DNA of 63,855 nucleotides, filler included. It is 4 parts of 4 records of this genome, joined end to end, with 100 filler letters (N's around TTAATTAATTAA, not from the genome) between each part and the next. Parts side by side here need not be neighbours in the genome. Positions count along the whole stretch, not along the records: positions 1 to 30,726 come from DRR378314_925; positions 30,827 to 45,513 come from DRR378314_927; 2 more parts are not named here. One strand, written 5' to 3'. The number at the start of each line of letters is the position of its first letter. The first letter of the stretch is position 1. A program made the translations under genes and the position numbers. The notes under the pieces were generated by a model. It searched no databases. It worked only from the letters and a program-made list of their open reading frames with translations, and was not told the DNA's origin. Shown in pieces: positions 24,105 through 36,000 of this stretch.

Positions 24105-27006
24105 ATGGGCCAAGAGACATATGACGATGGAAGGGTTGCATGGACAGAGGATGAGAAGCAATTACTGCCTGTCGTGCGCGAGAAACTTGACGAGATAGCG
24201 CCCGAGTTGGTCCGAAACCATCAGGACTGGCTCACAGATCGTTGCGTTCTACGGTACGACGAAGCTGCAGCAGGCTGGTTGCCTCTGCAGTGCTGAGGTG
24301 AACTGGCCAGCCATTTGCGCTCGCTGCCGATTGCCTCCGACGAATGTTGAGCGAAGCCTACATTTCTTATGTATATGGCTCTAAAGTATCGGGAGATTGT
24401 GGAAATAGTGGGCGTGTTTGTGCTATATGGTGCGCATGTTTGCAACGTGCGGAATCGCACACCGCTCCCCCGCCCTTGCGCTGTTTGTTCTCGCGCTGGC
24501 GCAAAGCAGCTGGCAAGCTCCTACTTTGTGCTACCTCTGCCAGCGTATCGGTGAACGGAATAGTGTCACCCCACCACAGTGTTTACACGCCATTGCCAAG
24601 AAATGTTGCTTATTGTATGTCTTGACTTGTCGCGAGGCGTTGTAGCACCTGCTTTGTTTGTTCTTTCTGAGCGTCGTGTGAGGTGTGTGTGGCGGGGGGC
24701 GGAAGCGCAACCGACGCCGTAACGTGGCGCTGGGGCGTTCCCGCGGAAGCAGTCTGTGCTTGTTCCCGCTGCGCTGAGTCTGTCTAAAGGTGTGCCGCCG
24801 TCCCCGTGAAACATGCGTATGGTAATTAAGATCATACTTTGTCTCTGATTGACTGGATCTAAGTGGTCACACTTTTTTTGTACAGAGGGCTGGATTTTTT
24901 TTTTTCGTTTGTGGACGTTGCCACAGGACAGCGGCGACGCGCAAGCCGCGCTGCGACGCGCTGTTGCTCTAGGCAGCCAGAGATTTAGTGGAGCTGCGCG
25001 TTGCGCCGTGCGGTGTGCAGCGCTGGCATGCTGCTGCCATCGGCGGTCGACACAGTGAAATGAGAGTACCATTGTACTGTTATGTGCCACGATCTCACCT
25101 TTGGCTTACCATGAGGGCTGCGTTCGTGTTTCCACCTGGAGCGCAGTTGGATAGCTCGGGAAGCAATGCCCGTTGCGTCTGAGCAGCTGCCGCGTTCCTA
25201 ACTGGGCCGTATTGTCCAGGCTGCGAGCATACGCTTCCGCGTGCTAAGTTTACTTTACTTTACTTTACTTTATTTTTTGACCAGTCCCACTGCACGTCGC
25301 TGATCCCTTACTTTTTGTTTCGTACTGAAAATTTATTGCCGTTGTTTCTAGGTATATACGGGCGCGCCAAGGAAAGGTTGAAAAGGTCGTTCCGATGATC
25401 CATGAAACGCTGCAGTGGCGTACCTCGTATCAGCCGCACGCGCTTCCGCTCGACGTGCTGAAACGCGAGTCGGAGACAGGCAAGGTATGTCGGTGGCGAG
25501 CATACAAGTGCACGTCCGCGTTTTCGCGGCAATCGTTGATGATCCCGCAGATTGAACCACGTATGTGATACGGGGATCGTTCGTGTGCTGTCTTTTGCGC
25601 TTGAATCCTTCGATCTACTCTCGGTGCAGAACTACGTCAATGGACGCGATCGGTTTGGGCGCCCCATCATCTACATGAAGCCGCGTTTCGAAAACACGCA
25701 TGATCATGATGGAAAGTACGTTGGTCGATTTGACTTGAGTAGCATATACTTCCTGTTTACCTGTATGCATGTCCTACGATGTGACGAGTGTTGCTTTTCT
25801 CGGGTATCGTAGTCACGAAACTCTGATCCCTGAACAAGCGCCTGCACTTCTTGCACGAAGTTCACTCGAATGAAATATAAGTGGGTTCTCGTCCTCTCCT
25901 TAATGTTCTGTTCTGTTTGTCGCTGAGGGCAGCCTGGCGCTCCTCGTCCATACTCTGGAGCGCGCTTGTCATCATATGCAGGAGGAAGAGGGTATTGAAC
26001 AATGGGTACGTCTCGTAGATTTCTCTCGGGACTGTCATGCGCAAGACATGTGCCTTGTGTCGAAGAGGAACAACTGCACTTCGCGTTGTTTCGTTTCGCA
26101 GCGCAAAGCGCATTGCGCGCGAACAAGGCTGGCGAGTAGGCTGCGCGTGCTGCGTTGGCTCTGCATCTGCTGAGTCGGATCCTTTATCCTTGCTGCTGTG
26201 CATTTGGCTGCGGGTGCAGACATTGGTTGTTGATTATAAGGACTACTCTATTCGCAATGCACCGCCGATGAAGACGACAAAAGCGACACTCTCTATCCTG
26301 CAAAACCATTATCCCGAGCGACTCGCCAGGGCCATCATGGTGGATCCTCCGTTTCTTTTCTGGGCGTCCTGGAAGGTGCAGTTGCCCCCAAGTATCCGGA
26401 ATCAAGAACGAGGCAGCGATGATTGCCTCTGCCTTTGCACGCACTGTATTGGATTGGATGAATTACGTGTTGGATCACGGCTCTTTTGCAGAAGAATATT
26501 GGGTGTCGCTAGACAATTCTGCCCTTATTGCCACTACTACTGTCGTTATCGTTGTTTTGTTGATTTTTTTTCCAATTGCGGTGATGTCTCCCTATGTTCT
26601 GGGATGTCAATGTCGCTCGCCGTGGCTTCCGTTGCGCCTGGCTGACCACTTGAGCTTGGACATGACTCCCCATGCTCTGACTGGCGCAGGTAATATCTCC
26701 TTTTATCGACCCGAAGACAAAGGAGAAGGTTGTATTTGTTCGAGGAAAAGAAGACAAGAAACGCGAGGTATGTAGTGTCTGCTGACTGCGCGTTGGTACA
26801 GAGAAACATGCAGTCTCTCGTCGGAAGTAAGCGACGGCTCCTCGTGCTGATACAAAGGACACTTATCGCGGCTTTTGAACCTCCGAAATCTCCAGATCAT
26901 GGCAGACCACCTGGGCGAATGGGAGTCGAGCGTGTATGGCAATATTGATCGCACGTACGATCATGCCGAGTATTGGGACAGTTGGCAGCGTGGAAGCGCG
27001 AACTAG
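24105..27006 (+). CDS. CRAL-TRIO/Sec14-like lipid transfer protein (Pdr16/Sfh-like), multi-exon
   Basis: [13 protein letters not shown]...[64 protein letters not shown]. Stop TAG at 27004-27006. Confidence 0.9.
25249..25272. repeat. (TTTAC)n microsatellite, intronic
   Basis: Four to five tandem TTTAC units. Confidence 0.75.
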
Positions 27007-27561
27007 CGCTTGCCCGAAAGGCGCAGGAGCTCGCACCAGCTGCGAGCACACTTGCATGGTTTCTCCTCCTATTATTGTGCATCAATCTGGTACGAATAAA
27101 CCTACCGCCTGTCTTTTACGTTTTATTATGATGCATGTAAATATATTGATATGAGTTCCTGTGGTAGGTTTCGGATCTGCTCCACTTTTTTTCCGCTTCT
27201 TTCGCCGTGCCAAGGTCCTTCCACGTGCGTTTGTCGCACGTGACGAAAGCGGCGGCTTTGGGTCCGTCGCGCACGCTGCAACGGTTCAGGCGAAATCGGG
27301 TGACAAGGGCGCCTTCACTGCGCAGTCAGCCCTATCACCATAACCGTAGCTGCGCTGGGAGGAAACTTTTGTAGCCCTACTTGAATATGATATAATCGTG
27401 ATGGAAATGACTGCGGTTCCACTGCCGGTCAAGGGGTTCGCAGGCGTAAAGGCAGTCTGTGACGGCAAGCTTGCATGCAACTCGCACTTGCCGCAGTGTT
27501 CCCCCCTCTTCTGGAGAAACGCCACGGCTGCGTGCCAGCTTTTTCAACAGCGCGCCGCACA

Positions 27562-30500
27562 ATGAACGGCTTAGAAGTGGGAGCGAAAGTATGGATACCG
27601 CACGCAGATAATGTTTGGGAGCTTGTTACTGTAGATACAGTTGAGAGCTCTCTGGTGACGTTCCGCTCGGAGGATGACGACTTCTTCGTTGTGGAATTCG
27701 ACCCTGCAGCGAAGAAGCTGAGCGTGCGCCGGGAGGACGATGACAAGGTACGACTTTCTTGCTGTGCACGCTACTCATGTCTACCGCGGGATTCCATGCA
27801 TATGGACGCACGGTTCGAACGATATCTTGTGATTAAGATATTTGAATTTGTGAAAGGTGGGCATCTTTCCTTTCGTACGGCGCTGGCACCCTTCCCTGCG
27901 TTGTCGAACACCTCGGCGGCAGAGGAGCTGGGCTGCGTGGCCGCAGGGCTGGACGACAAGGCGTGAGCTGCGCCCTCCGAGCAGTCTCCAACGCTGAACC
28001 TGCGGGGGCACTCGCGTGTGTTGCGCAGCACCGCGCTGTCACTTTCTGTTTGCCACCAGCAAAGTTTCATCTGCTCAATAACAGGTACACCGTTTTTTTT
28101 TTGAAGGTCAGCGTACAATTTCGTCGTTTCAGCATGAACGGGAAGAAGTGCTGTGGAGCGGGAACGTGTTCGCTCTATGTTTTCACCTGCGGTGAAGGCG
28201 CACGCCCAGCGCGCTGCCGCGCTAGCTTGATCCTGTGAGCAGAATAGACGAGCGAGCTCTCGCTTCTCGACGTTGCTTTCTCGCAATATTCGCAATAGTT
28301 TATACGGATAATGCGCTAGAATTTTATGGAGAAAAACTGTGGTTGTGCCTGTATTTCGGCCCATTCCATTTCGTAGAGGGTGCTGAAGCTGGGGCTGGGC
28401 TCCTAGCCTCGAAGCGCGCAATGTCGGCAGCGCTTGCGTTGGCAGTGCCAACCTGCGCTTATAGTGCAACACGGCACGCTGACGCCGTGGCTCCACGCTC
28501 GCTTCGCCGGCAGGCGAGCAGGCCACAGGGTACTTTACTCGCTGCGTATATGAGAAAATTGGATTGCTGACGCATGCGCACCCCGAATGCTAGCTACGAC
28601 GGGATTTTCAGGGGTCACTTCTTCACGAGCGTGCTCTCTGCGTTTCGCTTCTATGCTGTTCCTGGACGTACAGAAAAAAGCGGTGGTGTACAACATGAAG
28701 TCTCTTCCACAGAAGAATCCCGACTTCCTCGACGGTGTGGACGATCTCACGTCGCTCGCGTTCTTACACGAGGCTGAAATTTTGCATAATCTCCGTCTGC
28801 GGTTTCATCAGGACAGGATTTACGTACGTCGTGTGCGCACCCGTGGACCCGAGAAGGCTGCGCGAGGCTAAACGCTTGCGCGCGCACCAGGTTCATTGTG
28901 TTCGCACAGCACAATGTTGCACGTGACCCTCGGCTCCACCGCGCTGGACCTCCGACCGTAGCCCGTCGTCGCAGCGTTTTTCTATGCATTATTGATGCAA
29001 GTCGGTTGTATCTACGGAAGATTTGGTGGTTGTGTCGAAAGAATATTGCTGTGTTGAAAACCGCGGAGTTGCCGCAGTTGCAGAATCGCTTCTGCTCGCG
29101 TCCGGCGTGGTGGACGCGAAAGAGGGTACTTTCTGCAGCAACAGTAGACGCGTGACACTGGCGATCGCGCTTACGGCTCAGGGCGAGACGAATTCCAAGC
29201 TCGCAATGTGATCTGACGTTATGCGCGCCAGTTTTTCGTTTATTTTATGGACGTGTTTGCCGGTGCGTGCTCGGCTCGCCACAGACGTACACTGGCCCGA
29301 TCCTGCTTGCCGTAAATCCGTATCGCCAGCTCCCGCTGTACGACGAAGAAACCAAGGCGAAGTACCACGATCGCCCCTCCGACACGGTCCCTCCTCACGT
29401 GTATGCTATAGCAGACGCATGCTACCGCAACATGATTCGGCGTGCAGAGAACCAGAGCATCCTGATTTCTGGCGACTCCGGGGCAGGTGCGTGCGTGTTC
29501 TTTGGTCCAGGTCTTCTCGCGCAGCGCCCCGTGTGAACTGCTAGCCGAGCGCCGCTGCGTTGCTGCGGCAGCAGTTTCGCACGAAACACTGCCAGCTGCG
29601 AGTATGGCGCTTGCCACCTCCCATCAGCATTTACCGAACGTCAGCGCTGCCTAGCAGATCTATATTGTACTCTACGTCTAGAAATATGCTCTAAGCTCGG
29701 TTGCTATCGTGCACTCGCGTCCGCGGCTTCTGCATGTGCTTGGCAGGGAAAACGGAGTCGACCAAGATTGCGATGCAGTACCTCGCTGATGTTGGCGGCC
29801 ATCAGCAAAGCAGCGGCGGTGCTGTGCGCATTGAGCAGCAAGTTCTTGCGTCGAATCCGGTACTCGAGGCGTTCGGCAATGCAACTACCCCGCTAAATAA
29901 CAACTCTTCCCGTTTCGGAAAGTATATTGAAATTGGGTTTGACCACAATGGGATGGTGATGGGCGCCTCTATCCGCACCTACCTGCTCGAGAAGTCGCGC
30001 ATCGTGTTTCAGGACAAGGGGCACCGCACGTTTCATGTCTTTTACCAGATTTTGCGCGGAGCAAGCGACGCTGATCGCGAGCGGTGGGGCATTTCAAACT
30101 CGGATACGTTCAAGTACGTGAGGGAGGGGAGCTTGGTACATGAAGCAAGCGCTATGGTGCCATCGCAATCGCCTGCCGTAGAGAGTGAGCATGAGCCCAT
30201 TCTCGCGTTAGGGGCCTTGGGGTGCGCTTTCATTCAATTTCCTTTATTTCGCTCTAGGTAACGTTTGTTATATCTCTTTCTCGCTTTGTGTGATTCCGGT
30301 GCTGGCGTGTATCTGCCTGGGCTGCGGCCACAAGTGAGCCATCGGCGAAAGGGTAGCCAGTCGACGGCAAGGTCGCTGGCCGAATTCCGAAGGCAGTACC
30401 GTGTGTAGTGCGAATTTGTCGTGCGCGCGCAGTATGCGATATTGACCTTTGTTTCGTTGGTGTTTGCTCTTTTCTCTGATGCACAGGTACCTCTGCAATG

Positions 30501-30574
30501 GAACAGCTGCATCACAGAATGTTGATGACGCAACGATGTTTGGTGAAACGCTGGAATCGATGAAGCTCATGCAA
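27562..30574 (+). CDS. Myosin heavy chain, N-terminal SH3-like region and motor domain start, 3' partial
   Basis: [86 protein letters not shown] and YLLEKSR. Truncated by the contig end. Confidence 0.95.
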
Positions 30575-30700
30575 GTACGTATTCGCAACTCTGCGCCATG
30601 TCTGACCCTATGACGGACCCTCTCATTGCGTGCATGTTGCAACGTAGAGGCTGAATGCAATGTATTGAATTGCGCCGATCTGTGAGCTTTCTTTTTTTGA

Positions 30701-30726
30701 TGCTGCTGCTGCTGCTGCTGCTGCTG
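30701..30726. repeat. (GCT)n microsatellite at contig end
   Basis: Tandem TGC/GCT run immediately before the gap. Confidence 0.9.
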
Positions 30727-30826
30727 NNNNNNNNNNNNNNNNNNNNNNNNNNNNNNNNNNNNNNNNNNNNTTAATTAATTAANNNNNNNNNNNNNNNNNN
30801 NNNNNNNNNNNNNNNNNNNNNNNNNN
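30727..30826. other. Artificial contig linker N44-TTAATTAATTAA-N44
   Basis: 100-nt spacer with a six-frame stop, identical at all three junctions. Confidence 0.99.
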
Positions 30827-30856
30827 GTCGTCGTCGTCGTCGTCGTCGTCGTCGTC
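30827..30856. repeat. (GTC)10 repeat, coding poly-Asp on the minus strand
   Basis: In frame with exon 3 of the hypothetical gene (GAC codons). Confidence 0.85.
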
Positions 30857-32097
30857 CATATCCATATGCATCAGCGAGTCCAAGATAGTATCGTCACGCA
30901 TATCTTCTGTGACATTGCGATGCACGGGTTGCCAAGGGAACGACCCCGTATGCAAGATTTGCCAAAGGTACGTACGAACAGCCGCATAGCCGGCGCGAGG
31001 CAGCAGTTGGTTGTGTGGCGCGCGCGGAGCTCACCCAAGCAGCGCAGAAACACGACGACGACTTGCTGCGCACCCATTGTCCGAGGCTGCACGGCAGCTT
31101 GCGAAACCAAACGCCCGGGCAACCCCTCTCCCCGGAAATCTCTCGTACTTACATGCATAGTAGGAGAGACGACAATTCCATAATTAGCATGTAGGAAAAA
31201 GGTGCACAAGAAATGCCAGGCAGGCAAGCGCTTCCCCACGTTACAACGCACCTGTGGCGCTTGAAACGAACGACGTGGGAGTGTCGCGCGCGTGGTGCGG
31301 AATTTCGAGGAGACTCCCAGGAGACGCGCCGTACGCAGCAGACATTACAGTGTACGTCGTCCCAGGCTACACCGCGCCATGCAGCGGCATCCGCAAGGCA
31401 CGAGTGGCATACGAGCGCTCTTGTCATTCCTTTTTCTGGCGGGGAGGAGTTCTGACTTGCGGATTTGGCACGGCAGCCCTCCCCGAACTCGACGGGTTGC
31501 CCCACTGGCGGAGCAAAGCGCGCCCGGCGCGCGTGCTGAGCAGCGCCTCGAGCGATGCGCAGACGACAACCGCTCGCGCGGCCTGGGCAAGTGAAGGCTC
31601 TCACACAGCGCCTCCAGCAGCGTTACCACGCCACAGCTCTCGCAGAGCACAATTCCAATGGTACCACATCTTTCTGACACTTTATATAGTAGAGATAATA
31701 TCACGAACAAGACCCAGCATGGGCTCGGACGTCCCAGCTGCACAGCCGCGCTGCCGTTCCCGCGCGCCTCTCGAGAGGCGCGCTCAGCCTTGGCACCGGT
31801 GCCGCACCACAGCCCGTCAATGGGGAAGTACTGCCGCAGCGCGACGTGCGCGTGCAAGACACCGCACGCCGCAAGCACTGGCCGCTCGCCACCAGGATCA
31901 TCGCCTCACCCAGCAGGCACGCGTACCTTGAGATTAGTAAATTGGCCAAGCTCATCAGGAACAATAATTTCACCAGCGTCATTGTCGAGTAAGAAGCAGT
32001 CATCGCATCGAAACACCTTTTCAATAACCCGGCTAGGAATCTCGTCGCGACGGAACGAGAATTCTCTCCCGCGGGCGTCACGGAAGAGCACGTACAT
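30827..32097 (-). CDS. Hypothetical protein, 3' partial: small N-terminal globular domain followed by a poly-Asp tract
   Basis: Three phase-compatible GT-AG exons: MYVLFRDARGREFSFRRDEIPSRVIEKVFRCDDCFLLDNDAGEIIVPDELGQFTNLK|PGTTYTVMS...FVSSAT|EDMRDDTILDSLMHMDMDDDDDDDDDD. Confidence 0.65.
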
Positions 32098-33098
32098 GTC
32101 TGCTCAAACGTAAGCAGCAGACACAGTCGCGCTGCGCGTCGACCAAATCACACAAAGGCCCTTGCGCGGCACAGTGTGAGTACAGCACACGTAACGCGCA
32201 GATACGCGCAACTAGACTGAGGGTGCAATGCCGCGCAACTCTTACGGGTGCTGGGACACGGGGCCACAGGCAAACTAGAGAAATCTGAAAAGACCGCTCG
32301 AGTCGAGGAGGAGGCGCCACACGAGAAACTCCCTCCGCCCTCTGTCCTTTCCAGGTGCTGCTCGTGCGCAGAACGCACCAGCACACAGCTAGTGCTGGTT
32401 AGGATATAGGGGTACTTCACCAGTTTCCCAGACTGCGAACGAGAAGCAGTGTACAGCTTCGAGCAATCCGCACTCAATCCTTACTGCTCGCCATCTGCGG
32501 TAGGCCTTTGATGATGATACACTTCGTTCGCATTATGTCTCTTGATCTATTGGAAATATTATGCAGGGAGAGTTTAGTGCAACTGTCCGACGGGTAGCGT
32601 GGGAGTGTGGAACAGGACAATCGAGTAAGCATTGCGCGACCGTAGGCAAGAGCTTCTTTCACCCGTTGGTTTTGTTACGCAACCCTATCTCCTACATATG
32701 AAATTTTGGGCTGCGGCAATGGAGATGAAATCCCTTCGCCTAGACCATAACCTTTACAAGGACCCTGCAGCCTGCTAGGGTGGTCACCGTCTGCACGCAG
32801 CATTGGATGCTGTTGCTCCTGTTGGCACGACGCACGCGCACGGATAGCGTCGGGTACGCGGTAGGTCTTTTCCGGTGCGGTGCGCAACGGCAGATTTGCT
32901 GTGGTTCCGCGCTGCTCGGATACCACACGTATTCTCGCGCCAGCCCGCTCCACCTGCCGCGCAACACAACTGTTCGTTTGACATTAAAGTGCTTTCATCT
33001 GCGCGATCGTTGCGCACGTCTCTCCGTCTCTTGTCGCGTCCACGGTAAGCGCGTCAAGTGCGCAGCGTCGCCTCCAGCACGCACGTGGGTGAGTCGCG

Positions 33099-36000
33099 AT
33101 GGCTGACCTTGACCGCGCGCCAAGCCCACCGCCCAGCGCTGGCGGCGGCAACGGTGACGACGGCGACGGGGTACGTTTCGCGCGGTGTATGCACCGCCCG
33201 CACTGTCAAGCGCTTGCGGTGCACATCATACGAGAGTCCGAGTGGTGCTATGGGACATGTTGTGCCCCTCTTCGGATGGGCGGCCAGCCGTGGTCGGGCT
33301 CTTGTCCACCGCGTATCTCTGCCTCGGCGGCGGCACGCGCCACCTGTTGCTGCTTGCGGGCGAGTGCAGCGGCGCCGACCGTCGTGTCGTCGTCGTGCTG
33401 GTTGCCCGGTCAATTACACTGCGCGTGCACCACTGTGCTCTTTGCAAGCAAGCTGTCGCGCGTTCCGCGCCTCGCCGCGCCCCACTCCATCCTGCGCGCG
33501 GTTACCTTTCTGAGCTTAGCTCAGCCTGCCGACGCTAAATACTGCCGCAACCTCAAAGATAGCTTGTGCCTATGAATCAAAATGTATATGTACCACGAAA
33601 CACCTCGTGCTTGTCGGATGGATCGCAATGGGGAGCGTATTGTCGCCAGAATTTTTGTTGGAGGGTCGGCGCGAACTCTCGGCTGCAGTCGTTGTTTTTG
33701 CGCAGGAGCGAGCGCCTTGCCTGCTCGCCGCCGTCCGTTGAATCTGGTATAGTCGGATTTTGTTTGATTCGCCGCACCTCTCCATCTGCACGGATCATCT
33801 GCGCTGTAATGTGTCTAAGAGCGAAGCGTCACTATATCAAGTGGTTTGTGGAGACGTGCGGCGGTGCTTCTGAAGTTGTGCTCGGCGCCCTTTTCCACTG
33901 CTTGCTCGGCGGGTTCGAGGAGCGCGAGCGCCGAGGCGTTGGGCAGCGGCGGGCTCTGTACACTTCGCTGCGCACGGTGTGGACAGGCACTTGTGCAGCG
34001 CAGCTACGGGAGCCCAGAAGCTGCGTGCTCGCGTGCGTGTGCTACACTGCCCAAGCTTGCGCCCACTTGCCGACTTGTTATCGAAGCTGCAGCGCGTGTC
34101 TTGCGCGCAGTACACACAAGCATGATAGACTTGTGTACTGTTGAACGCGCTCTTATTATCGCGTTCAGCGCGGTTGACGAGGTGCCTTTTCCTTAGAGAA
34201 TTGCGAAGGAGCCGCGTTTCAGTGCTCGAGCTCGTCGCTGTCGTGAAATGCGACCGGGCAGGAAGCCTCGCCGCACGCTACCGCCTCCGTCATCCCCGCA
34301 TTGCGCGTTTTCCGCCCCGCCGAAACCGCCACCGTGCTGTTTCACATCTCAATTTTACTTCTGGTAGATCTAAGTGTGAAAAAAGGTTGAAGCCTCTGCA
34401 GGGGAAAGGCACCTCCTTGCTGTGGTGGTGATTGCGTTCGCAACCGCCTCGCCGCTGGGGCTGTGCTCCGTGCGCAGCTTCGTCAAGGAGCCGTCGCGTC
34501 GCTTTTCCACGGATCGTGGCTCCTCTGTGCCTTTTGCTTCCTAGCCACAACGAACGCCATACCCACATCGACTCCTCACGGCGACGATGGTGCGTATCGA
34601 CGAGGGAGTGTTGCACTAGCCATGGGTTTCTGACGGACCTGCGTTTTGTGACGATCCTGTGCTGCGCGCGCTGTAGGAGCGCAAGTCCTTTTTTGGTCGT
34701 GCCCCGCGATTGAGCATCTTCCGATCTCGCAACGATTCCATGTCGAAAAGTCAGCGCAGTACCGGTAGCTCGCCGCTTGACGACGACGACGAGCTCGGGC
34801 CTGCAGAATCGAGCCGCTCTGCGCGGCCGTCATTTTTCCAGCGCGCGCTGGGCGGTGGAAAGAGCATCATCTCAAGCTTCCGAGGCCAGGGCGGCGCGCC
34901 GCACAGCGGAGAAGGTGCGCGCTTGCTCGTGGGAACGGCCGTGCGCATGCGCAGGTGGCTTCCGCTGTCATCCTCTGCAATTTTCCGTTGTTAGATATTC
35001 ATAGAATATTGCGGTACGAGTTTGGGAAGAGGAGAATGGTATTGGTGCCTCGTGTGGCTCACTTTTCCCTCGTCAAGCCACAGCAAGGCCGCTTGCACAG
35101 GCGCAGCGTCCTCGCCAGGCTGCCCCGAGATCGCGCGCGCATACAGCACCTGTCGCCTGCCTAAGCAAATCGACCTCCACGTTGCTTGTTTACAGAGGAA
35201 CGGGAAACGCGTGCTCGTCAAGGCATAAAGATCAAGATGAGGCTGGGGAATATGCTTGCGTTAATAGGATGCCCCTTGCATTTTCCGCAGCTCTCTCTGA
35301 GAGCAATGTGTTGTACGAAGCCGCGCCAGCATCGTAGAATTTCGCAAACGGGAAACGCCATCTCCGCAGCTGCGTGCAGATATTCTCGTGGGCACCGAAT
35401 AGCAGCCTCGCACGCTAATAAAGGTCCTGAGAATGTGCCGTACTCTGCTGACCCGTGCACGGTTTTTTCTTCTTCTTTTTGGCTATCATTCCTCTGCAGA
35501 GCCTACTAGGCGCCCGTCAACGCAGCTGCGCGACCGGTTCCTCCACGGCCCGGAGATACCGGAGGATGACGAGGAGCTGGGCCTTCCCGACCACGTGCTT
35601 CAGCGGCGTCTCGAAGTGCTGAGCCGGGCCAAGGTTCGTGGAAGCGCCGCGGCGCTGAATGTCTCCACGAGTTCATGTAGCCGTGTGCTACTTGGCACGC
35701 GCGGTGATCTGATATAGTCCTTTCCGACTCACTGCCAAAGCGAACGAAGAAAAAAGGAAAACGAACAACCATACAACGACGCAAATGGCGAATCGAACGC
35801 AGTTGCCAGGGTGCAGCGTTGGTGCACATGGGGGCTGTTGGGTGTGCGTGATCGTGAAGTCGCCAGCGCTTCAACGCGTGCAATACCCTGCATAGCATTC
35901 ATCGGGCCGTGTATGGAACGTGTTCTTTCCCCCGCTTTGCGCAGGATATGAGAGCGCGTATCCGCGAGCGGGACTTTGACGAGTTCCGCGGCGTGCTTCG

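Noticed and set aside
32350..32800. Possible snRNA or snoRNA in a compositionally distinct intergenic stretch (TGATGA box, U1-like CCATTGC)
   Set aside because: There is no matching box D, no U1 5' end (ATACTTACCTG) and no convincing Sm site. An Infernal/Rfam scan would be needed.
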